From contig CM120640.1 of the NCBI GenBank assembly GCA_051362555.1, positions 22,283,351-22,347,350 on the forward strand: a DNA stretch of 64,000 nucleotides, written 5' to 3'. This DNA comes from Lingula anatina. Lineage: Eukaryota; Animalia; Brachiopoda. Position 1 is the stretch's first letter. Every line of letters starts with the position of its first letter. The translations under genes were made by a program, and so were the position numbers. The notes under the pieces were generated by a model that ran no database searches, was not told the DNA's origin, and worked only from the letters and a program-made list of their open reading frames with translations. Shown in pieces: positions 53,680 through 64,000 of the stretch.

Positions 53680-56600
53680 TCATGCCATATAAATAAACAT
53701 ATTGATGTTGTCTTCGTCCCTCTTCATATACTTGTGTTCAATAAGCCACTCTATTTGTTCTTTTATCATCTTCTTTGATGGCAAAAACATATTTTTAAGG
53801 ATTTCAACCAGTTCAGTCTGAAGTGCTGCATTTGTTATTTTCTTTCTCATCTTCATGATTTTAACAATTGCTTCCTGAAAATAGAAAAGACAATCTCAAC
53901 TAAACATGTCATAAATCTGAAAATTTTAATTCCGTCAACTTTATCTTAGTTTCTGGCACAATGCAATGTATACTTAAAGATTTCCAAGGAAAACTGAAGA
54001 TTGACAGAAAATGAACATCAATGAATTGTTCTTACAACAGTCTGAAGACATTCACTAACCTGAACTCTGAGTATTCTCAGCTGTACGATTCCTTCATTGT
54101 CCTCTTCTTTACTCTTCTCTGTAGACAGTTGCAGTCGACCAATAACATTGATTTTACCACGTTTTTGTACTTTGCCATTTTTTCTGAAAAAATGTTTGTA
54201 CACACACAGTAGAATTGATACCATTAGCTGGGGTGTATACTGTGTCAAAAATTTAAAAGAGGCATGAAAATATTTTCACTTTTTTAAAAATATGCTTAGT
54301 TTCTGTGACATTTTGATGAGCATACAAACAAACTGCAAGTAAAAATACATATGTTGCAGTGTATTTAATGCATAGATAAGAGACTGCAAATTTTATTAAG
54401 AAATAATTTATGAAAGTACACTTACATAAGAGAGAATTGCTGGTTAACATGAAACAATGTGCTATCTCCGAAGTCTTTCGGAGATTTAGCCTCGGGTTCA
54501 CATAATAGCACCTGTCTTTTTAACTTTGGAAATGCCACTAAAGACTGAAATATAATTTGTTTATGTTTGTAAATGCAATTTTTTTATTTCTGTAAAACAA
54601 ACGCACATGGGAAATTAACACAAGGATAGTGACTATTATACTTGATTCATGCCTAAATGAATTTTTAAGTTTCTAAAATATATTTTCGATCTCATATACA
54701 TCATCAAATCTCATATACATAAAAATGCCATTAAAAAATAATAAATGGCATATAATAAGTACAGAAAAAGATTATTTTTGATTTGCCTTACCCATAGTGT
54801 TCTCCTGAGTTCAGAGTCTGGAAGTTCAGTTGCTAGTTTCAAATTTTCATACGTAATCTTCTCCTTGGACCTCTGGTTCCAAGCAAATAGGACGGCCATT
54901 TGAAATGTGGTCACTTCCACATCAAATTTCCCTACTTCATTTGTAAATGTTATCTGGAACGAAGAATAAAATCAGTTTTTCTGCAATTGGAGACATCAGG
55001 TTCTAAAGCTCTGTGCAAGTGAATTAGTTTAAAACCACACTTATACAGGAATGTAAGAAAATCATGTTACATTTCATTACAGATTAATACTACAGTCCTG
55101 CTCATCTCTGATGCCACTTACAATGCCATTTGACATGAGATGATGCCATTGTAGTTTTCTTCCACTGTGTTTTAGTCTGTAAAATTCTTCCACTTCAGGT
55201 ATATAGTCTTCTAGCTCCATGGGCAAGGACACAGAAACACGGTCACTACTCCTAGCCCAAGCACCAGCATTCAATATCTTTATGTTTATAGATTCTGAAA
55301 GGAGCATTTTGAACCAAAGATAAGTACAAATATATAAATAATCACTGAATAAACTTAATTATATCTATGAGAAATATTATTTCAGTTACCACAACAAACT
55401 GGATTACAACATACATTACTACATATACATCGATAAAATCTGAAAACTGCCACCACATACCTGCAATTCCTTCATTGTTGTTTCTGTGAGCTTCTTTGAA
55501 TTCAGTGTTTAAATCTTCACTGACTTTAATATCTTGGAACATCCTAGCTAGTTTATTTACATAATCAGCTGGCATGCCAACTTCCTGAAATGTCAAAAGC
55601 AGGTTGATATGTTTGTTAATTTATGTACCAAAATCAATGGTTCATAGTACATTAAATGTATTCACATATAAAATACTCGAGATAGCAAAATTGTATCAGA
55701 ATGTACTGTTTTCTATGTTAATATTTTCATGGAATTAACTAGAAAGCAAAGCATTTATGTCAAAAGGAGATACAATAATTACCCTCAACCATTCCACCAT
55801 GTTTTCTTCTTTCTCATTATCTGCGGAGGTGTCTAGGATCAACCTTCTTGTTAAATGAGCTTTATGGTATCTCATGAAGACATCTTTGTTTTGTACATAC
55901 TTTAAGACTAAAAGCTGCAAATAATACAAAATCAAATGGAAAAAAATGTACACCACCCTACTTCGTATATCATGACTTTTAAAAAATGCCACTGTAAATT
56001 TTACCAACAACACACTAAGGAATGCTAAGAACAGTATGAGAAATGCCAAACTAGCAAAAGCAGTCTACAAGATGTTAACAGATCATACAGATATTTTTGT
56101 GGAGTTGATGAATATCAGAGAAGGAAGCAAAGAAACATACATATACAAAATACTTACTACATCTTTCAATTTCCTTTCTACCTCCTCTGAAGTGAGCTTT
56201 TTACTGAGAGGTGTTTTTCTTAACAACATATCACAGTAGTTTGCCAGCAGCTCTGGGCATTTTGATTCTGGTTGCGTTTTGGTGCCAACCCTAAATAATA
56301 TCATGTAATAATAACATTACAGGAAAATCCATAGATGGTAGATGACTTAATTTAACAACAAACAATTAATAATATTAACTACAAAAAGGTTAAAGCAAAA
56401 AATCCTGGTAAATTTCCTCAATGTAAATTTCTTACCCTTTGTTTTTCACTGGTAAGTCCAGTTTGAATATTTTGGTATCATTCACAACTTCCCTGTAGGC
56501 CTAGAATTAGATAATATAAACAAAATATAGTACACTAATACTTTTTCAATTTAGTATATCAACTGCAAAACAATTTGACAATTAAAAACTCACAGGTAAG

Positions 56601-59600
56601 TCACAGTAGGGGAAAATCCCATTTTTAGGTAAGGATACTATTTTTTTACTTCTGACTGCTACTGAAAAGTTATTCGATTGAAATCTACCCTGAAATGAAC
56701 TAATCCAAGTCTGTCATTCCACTTACTTTGTCTCTGGAAGTCAGGAATCTTGGATCATCTCCAAAGGCTTCACTAACAAGCTCACTAAACTTGTTAAACA
56801 AGGCAAGCAGTTGTTCAACATATTTTTCAGAGTCCTGAAAATAATGTCGAGAATGTCGATGAACATGTTTGCCAAGTAAGAACTTTTCATTTTTCCTTCA
56901 TACCAATGATAGGGTAGTCTTTGTGAGTTTGGCTTTTTAAGTGGCAAAAATATGGATACTTTAAAGTTTAAAGCCAAAGTATGTTGCAAAGGAACCCTAA
57001 ACAGTTTCTTACTGTGGTGATGGTGTCGGCAGCATCCATCATATCTGCCAGTCCAGCATTGATCACATGTTCCTCTAAGTAACATAACATTGGCTGGATA
57101 CCATCTGGTACTCTGTCCATTAAACTGAACATCAAACGGAGTTCTGAAACACAGGAATGCATTAAGGTGTGACATGTAAAATTATACCAATTTATATGTC
57201 TATTCCTCCTTTTCTTGTCTCTAAACCTTCAGGATAATAAATAAATATAATGCTTACTTTCTGTCTCATTTCTCTTTATCATCCCTGGTCCTTCTGCTAG
57301 TATGGTTTCTTTAAAAGCAGTCACTAGGGCATTTACACAGCATTCTGTCAACTGAAATGCAAATTGTTATATCTTTAATATACTTAAACATTATAGAATC
57401 ATTTTAGGTTTCATTCATTACTTTCCAGTACAGATATTCAAAAGATATCCATGTGATATTAGTCTGCCCATGGTATTCCATGGTCACTCAAATAAGGTTT
57501 ATAAATAAGTTTACATAAATAAATGTTGTCAAAAATGCAGTTAATAGCAAAATATGCTGGTTAAAAACCAAAAGCATATTCTATTTTGTCCAACACATAA
57601 CTGCAAGAACTCACTGCAGCTACAGAGTTGCAACCCTTCCTAGTTTCCAAGTATCTCTGTGCCCTTTGTTCTTCTTCCTTCAGTTTCATCTCTGCATATC
57701 TCATGTAATTCTGAACTCCATTGGCATCTAGATATTGTGGAGCCTTGGCTTTGTAGAAAGAAGCTGTTGCATCCAAATAGGCTCTTTCAAAATTGTCTCT
57801 GTATATTTTTAGTTTGTCTTCAGCATCTGAACTCAGGTTGACTAAAGGACAAAACAAAGAAAGATTTAACAAAAATTAATACACATATTCCTAATAGTAT
57901 TATACAATTAAACATTTGTATGGTAAGCCTCATAAATTTGATATACAGATGAAATCTTTTCAAAATGGAAGAAGCAAAAATGACAAAAGTTGAACTGTTT
58001 CTACTGATACTTTCTTCATATCAGTATAACAACAAAAATGATTCACGTAAAACAGTGTTTCAGAAAACAAAATTAAAGATGCATACAAAGTCAATTTTTT
58101 GTCACAAAAACCAACCAAATGCCAGCATATAGTTTCAAGTAGTATAACTAAGAGAATTACCAAAAGGCATTGTTTAATTTTACCCGAAAATGATGTTTGA
58201 ACGGATTTTTCTGCTGGCATTTTAAGCTGTATGTCAATGGGGCAGGAAAACAGGTCACGAAAGTAGGTTATATTTACAACCAAAAATTTAAAGAAAGGAG
58301 CAGTCTAAAGGTCTTTCATGGCTGATCGAGTAATCTATTCAGTTTATCTCTTGGCATGTCGAATTTATTTGAGTCATATAAGAATCTAGTAGAAGTGGTT
58401 TACATGTGTTACTGGGAATCCACGCTCCATCGATGCTCGGTTCGTATGTACCTTTAAAAATTTAAAACAGTGATAAAATAAATTAATGATTTAATAATGA
58501 ACCAAATGTTGTAAGAATTCTATACTCTGTTCACACTTGTTACATGATTATTCTTATCTTACCATAAGATTCTCTGACTCCAATCACTAGCTGCGAGTCA
58601 AATGCCTCCCCATTTCTTTCTGCATGCACCAATTTCATAGCACTTCCCTGTAGCCTGTGTTTGATGTTGGAGAAAATGCTCTGGTTCCAACTATCTAACA
58701 TTAACTGAAACATACAAATTTTACTTGCTTAGCTTTTCTGTGTATGGGAGGGAGGTAGTGTTCATCATGACATGAAAGCCTGCTTAATTTGATACAATTT
58801 CTTTTACAAGCAGAAATAAGAACAGGACCTACTTTTCTGACTATAGATTCTTCCCCTTGATTTTTTTTCTGTATTGTGCTGTGTGGCTTCCCTGAGAGAG
58901 AACTCTCTAGCTGGCCAAAGGGCTTTGGAAGATAATCACATTGCGCAAAAAATTTACTCCATTCTGCTATGTAGGCTTTCAATAACGCAGAGTCCTCCTG
59001 ATGTTGGAGTACCCTCTGAAAAGAAAAGCAATGTAATCAAGGCAAGGCCTAGAGCACTGTTTTGGTCACAAACAATACACTAAAAAGTCCTTTTGCCTAA
59101 GGACTTGCTAGAACTTTCTGGTATTTTCTAGTTCGCGTCTTCTTAATCTGCACCATTTGAGTGTGTTTTGAGATTAAGAAGACGCGAACTAGAAGATACC
59201 AGAAAGTTCTAGCAAGTCCTTTGGCAAAAGGACTTTTTAAGTATGGTCTATTTGTTCACGTGGCATTAATCTGCATTACCATTCCATTTAACACTTGGAA
59301 AGTGTCAAAGAAAAAAAGCTGCTGTTCCCTACATTTATCATTTTATGAAGTACATAAATTCCAATTTCTATTGTCTTGCAATAGATTTTGGGGTCTTTTA
59401 AAATAAACCAAACCATAATGTTATGGTCTTAGAATTGAGATTAAACAAAATTTAAAATAATGTGTGTCTGACTGGATAAGTGAATGTTACTTACTGTCTG
59501 CGCCTGTTTAATGAACTCTAGAATATCTGTCTGCAATGCCTCATGTACCTTATTAGGTCCTTTGTCATCCCACAAACAAACTGAATGGACAGACCTACAG

Positions 59601-60431
59601 GTAAAAATTAAATTGAAACAGTTATTCTAATGTTGCAAATTAATATAATAACCCTGCTCTCTTTATCATATTGTACCAATTAAAAATTAAAACCCTTATA
59701 TTAAAACCAGCAATAGAAAAACCTTGAATAACATGATCAATCTATAAATTTCACCATGATATATACTTTTAAGCCACTAACCCGAATTCAATAATCTATA
59801 TAGAAAATAGCCCTTACCAAAATAAATCTTGCCATTCTGCCCTTGTCACAGGTTCTTGTCTGAGCAGTTTGAGTACAGTGGGGCGCATGGAAGGCCATTT
59901 ATCCTCAAACTGCAGCTGACCTTGGCTCTGAATATAAAATAGTATTATATAAAATATATTAACATTAGTGAATTAATAATAATATAATGCTGAATTTAAT
60001 GTGCTTGCAGTAAATATTAAAAATAAGTGTCACAGTTTTGAAGGATATATATATGTAATTATATGACTGAAAGGTAACACTGTTTAAACAATATGTATTG
60101 GCTATTATATAATTAATACAAACACTGTAATGACTGACACTGCTTTAAGAACGACGGCCTAATGAGATCAAAGCAAAATTGTTTTATATTTCACTTTGAC
60201 TTGAATTACTAATAGTATTATCCCTCCTTCAGGCTTCACCAGTGATTAAGAAGCACTATAGTGGGGTCAACTCTATAGACTTTTTTGTGTTAAGACCCCC
60301 ACTGATACTGGAGATCACGTACAAATATACATAAGTACAGTAAATGACAGAAAACCTATGGAAATTTGTTCACAACCTTCCCTGTACAGAGTTTGAGAAG
60401 AAACATTTTAACTTACCTTTAGCATAGCCAT
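53680..60431 (-). CDS. CUL5: Cullin-5, ~18 coding exons
   Basis: MAMLK|SQGQLQFEDKWPSMRPTVLKLLRQEPVT; QPESKCPELLANYCDMLLRKTPLSKKLTSEE; KILNAGAWAR; HSGRKLQWHHLMSNG; neddylation-region EAIVKIMKMRK; ends FIYMA*. All introns I inspected are GT-AG. Confidence 0.98.
59081..59239. repeat. Near-perfect inverted repeat (69-bp arms, 21-nt spacer) in CUL5 intron 3
   Basis: 59081-59149 is the reverse complement of 59171-59239 at 67/69 positions. Confidence 0.95.
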
Positions 60432-60690
60432 TTTCTTCCTGTGTTCTTTTCTAGTTCTCGCGAGATCACGTTGGTATTTTGGGGGAGATAGCAAGAAAAC
60501 ATCAAAATAAGGCAGCTTTTAGTTATTTTTTTCAGTTTAAGTCCCAAAACAGAGTCTTTTTTGGTTGGTAGTATAAAATCAGTTACAACAATAAAGTTAA
60601 AACAGCTAGATATAGCATTTTCCCCTTTGCATCATTTTAGTATTCCTGAGTTTCTTCTCCCCGTGACCGTGTACATAATTCAGCATCAAA
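60432..60690. promoter_or_regulatory. Bidirectional promoter CUL5 / VBP1
   Basis: 259 bp separate the divergent ATGs. It has the palindrome TCTCGCGAGA at 60456-60465 and AAAATGGC (YY1-like) at both starts. Confidence 0.8.
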
Positions 60691-63461
60691 ATGGCGGACA
60701 AGGTAGAAAATGTACAGGCTGAGCATGCTGGAATTCCTAAAGCAGTTTTCGTGGTGAGTCTTAGAAGAATTCCTTCTTTTATATGATGCGATAAGTTAAG
60801 ATTGATATTTTTCTTGACATAAAAAAACAGCAGCTGTCTGGAAAACTTCCTTTGGCAATATTATTAATGATTTTGAAGCCTATGTAAAGGTAGTTAGGGA
60901 AATTATGATAAAATTTAGTTAAAATAACAGTGTCAAGTTCTTTCCTTATATAGTTATTAGCCTTTATGTTGATATACTTAGTGATTTGTATTAACAATAT
61001 GGTTTCAACATCATGCTGTAATTCTGACACTTTTGATTATGTAAATAAAAGTATTTTCACCCTTTGCTTCACTCTAACCAGTTGCTTACATACACAGTGT
61101 ATTATTTTGCCAGTGCTACTTAATTCTAGCAATTCTCATGATCTGTTGTTCAACACACCTTCAGAAACCAATGATTGCAGTTTATTTTTCATTATGCTTT
61201 TTTCTCAGTACAAGAACTGAATTGCTCTTCTCAGTGACCTGTTAATGTCACAGATTGAGAACCAGGCAGTAATTAAAAATTTGTTTGGATTGCAATCTGG
61301 TCTGCAATACTTGAGAAGTATGTCTAGAACAGGATACTAATAGGTACTAGTACAGGTCTCTGAGCAAATTAAACTTGTTTCTAATTTAAAGAAGAATAGG
61401 TAATCAGCTTGACTTACTAAAGCAAAATGGTCCTTTAACCATAAATAAAAATATAATAGGATGTCACCACCCTGCTAACTTGTTAAATAGATTAATATTT
61501 TATATAGAACTTATAATGATAGTCACTTTCTTTGACTTAATGAGGATGGCCTATGCTGCTTGGACACCAAGAGTGCATTCCCAGAGAATTAGATTGATCC
61601 ATCTAGATCGACCTAACTCCCTGGGGGTTCACGCTAAATTGCAGTCAGCCAAGTGCGCACGACAGTTAATTACCCCCTTACAGCTTTTAGTAGGCAGGAC
61701 AGACGCTTAAGCCGGCTAAGCTGACAGTAATCTAGTGAGACTCTCCATAGGGACACATCAATCTAAAATCTGTGGGATGGGGTTTAAGTCAGTACAGAGA
61801 ATTCTTATTATTAAAGAGCCCCTATTTTCACAGTTAAGACAGACCAGTGGTAGGAAGTGTCATATCAAGTTATGGGTGATTAGTTTACAGCTTGGTTTTA
61901 TCAATTTATTCTCAACTGATCCATCGAAAGATTTGAAAAAAACTTGCAATAAAAGAAGAAAATTGGTCCAGGTGTTTAGGCAAACAGCATTGAAGATAGT
62001 AAAAACTATACCCCGGTATATAATTCCTTAAGCACTTACTAGTAATTGTTATTTCAAATTTATATATATTTATTAAATCACACTTAGTATTTGCTTTGTA
62101 TTTTATGATTGCAGGAAGATGTAGATGCATTTATGAAATTGCAAGAAAATGAAGTTCCAGAAACTGTTCTTAAACGATTAGATGAACAACATAATAAATA
62201 CAAGTTTATGGAATATAATCTTATGACAAAAAGAGGCAGGTATGTAAGAGAGCCTTTATTTTTGATAATCAATATTATTAAATGTTTTGTTACCTAATTA
62301 AATTATACACATCCATGCACACACACATTGATATTGATGGACTGATCTTTGCATTTTCATTTCTTTGATTCAGTTGAAAATGTTTTTCTTATTTCAGACT
62401 TAAGAGTCAAGTGCCAGATATAAGAAGTACACTAGATATTGTCAAACATATGATTTCAAAAAAGGTAAATTTATACATTTTAACTTATTTTGATATTTAG
62501 ATTTTAATAGATGTATATAAAGACTTACAAAAATTTTATAAAAGAAAAATTTTTTTTGCACGTGCCTAGCAGTATGTGTATGCCTTCTTTTTTTTTTCAT
62601 TTGAATTTCAGTTGAAGTAAAATGACCAACTTATTAATGTAATCAATATGTGTAATGATAATTGTTGTTCAATGTTTACCTGAAGATATCATTAAGGTTG
62701 TTATACCTTAGATTTTCTCTGGACATAATTGAAAACACAACTATTTTCTTTTTCAGGACTCTTCTGAAACCCTGGAGACGAGGTTTCTTTTGTCTGACCA
62801 GCTATATGCAAAGGCCAAAATTCCACCAACAGATAAAGTGTGTTTATGGTTAGGGGTGAGTGTCACTGCATTTTTTTTTTTTTAATACAGTTTCATACAA
62901 TTTCAAGTGAATAAAATTTGGACTATCAGAGAATAGAAATGTCTCAGATAATTTGTGTGCGTCATTATGAGTCATTTTGAATTTATGGACTACTTCATGT
63001 GTAAAATGATGTGATATATTGTAACAGTGAAATTTGTTGATATTACAGGCCAATGTTATGTTAGAATATACCATAGATGATGCAGAAGCACTTCTAACCA
63101 AAAATCTTGAGGCAGCTACTAAAACACTAGCTCAGGTAGAGGAAGATTTGGGCTTCCTGAGAGACCAAACAACAACAATAGAAGTCAGTATCCTTTTTGC
63201 TGCCAAGATTATGAGAATTTTATGTATAACATTTTTATGTATAGCATATTCGAAAATGGTTGCCATATTCTGTGAATTAACTACTGTATGAATCAATTTT
63301 CACCCAAAGCACAAGTTTACCCTTGTTCTGGTTTTTGCATGCAGTAAGTCCTTAACTGATGCTCAGACATGGCACGTGTATATAACTGGGACGTTAAGCG
63401 CCGGCAAGCACTGAAATCTGCTACTGCTGCACCAACCCCCACTGCTACTCCATCCTCCTGA
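60691..63461 (+). CDS. VBP1: Prefoldin subunit 3 (VHL-binding protein 1), 6 exons, 195 aa
   Basis: Exons 60691-60753, 62115-62239, 62398-62464, 62757-62855, 63049-63187 and 63367-63461. Motifs: GIPKAVFVEDVDAFM, LDEQHNKYKFME, KVCLWLGANVMLEY, LRDQTTTIEVNMARVYNWDVKRR. Confidence 0.97.
61576..61779. mobile_element. Old MITE in VBP1 intron 1, probably related to the 19116-19349 element
   Basis: Imperfect IR CATTCCCAGAGAATTAGATTGAT / ATCAATCTAAAATCTGTGGGATG. Its internal ACAGCTTTTAGTAGG resembles ACAGCTTCAGTAGG in the 19-kb element. Confidence 0.55.
63188..63366 (+). other. U12-type (minor spliceosome) GT-AG intron in VBP1
   Basis: 5' site GTATCCTTT, branch site TCCTTAAC at 63349-63356, AG at 63365-63366, and no polypyrimidine tract. 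Splicing restores EV-N-MARVYNW. Confidence 0.95.
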
Positions 63462-64000
63462 TGATTGTCAAGACTTTGTTCTGAGCTTGTTTGTGAACAA
63501 CCGTACACCTCCTGGCAATTTTCTGAGGGTTTACTGAGTAACACCCACTCATCTTTAGTACATAAACAGTCATGTCAATGTGTGCATGTGTCACAGCACT
63601 TAGACAATTTTTTTTTCTCATTCTTTGGAATGCTAGAAGTGTTGAAGCTTTGATGTAGTTGATGGAGCAGAGAATTTGGACAGACCCTGGATGTTGAGGA
63701 TTTCCACATTGCCGTGAAGACTGAAAATGGCAGTCAGACCTGCATTCCATGTGATTTTTTTCTTCATGCATTGTTTTGGGGAGACAATTACAATAATTGG
63801 AGTTTCAGTTTAAAGTTCTTTATGCTAGGTAGACATAGGTCATATAAGAGAAAAGGCATATGATTTATCACATGAAAATGCTTCACTGACCTAAAATCGG
63901 GTCACATGCAAGGGATGTTTGTTGATACATCTTCATATGGCAGAGGCAATGTCCAGGCATGAATTTTGTGATCTGAAGTCCTAGTAAATTTGAGCATTTG

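Overview
Eukaryotic (bilaterian invertebrate, plausibly lophotrochozoan; the taxon is my inference) genomic DNA with spliceosomal introns. Bases 1-17023 are about 47 near-identical copies of a 363/364-bp satellite. Its one recurring variant (an A8 vs A9 run) shows 3-mer and then 5-mer higher-order periodicity. Next come a decayed intron-containing Kolobok-like transposase relic with nested MITEs, a young RTE-clade LINE with an intact 1003-aa APE+RT ORF and a 12-bp TSD, and a 34-bp minisatellite. Five spliced genes follow: a dissatisfaction-like NR2E nuclear receptor (-), an uncharacterised JmjC oxygenase (-) head-to-head with POLR2F/RPB6 (+), and CUL5 (-) head-to-head with VBP1/prefoldin-3 (+), whose last intron is U12-type. 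Also present: a tandem duplication of the POLR2F 3' end with a templated junction, a deleted hAT element, and a near-perfect 69-bp-stem hairpin in a CUL5 intron. Most short ORFs in the supplied track are artefacts. I cannot demonstrate a wholly new biological system; the best leads are the satellite (its periodicity and junction) and the orphan JmjC enzyme.
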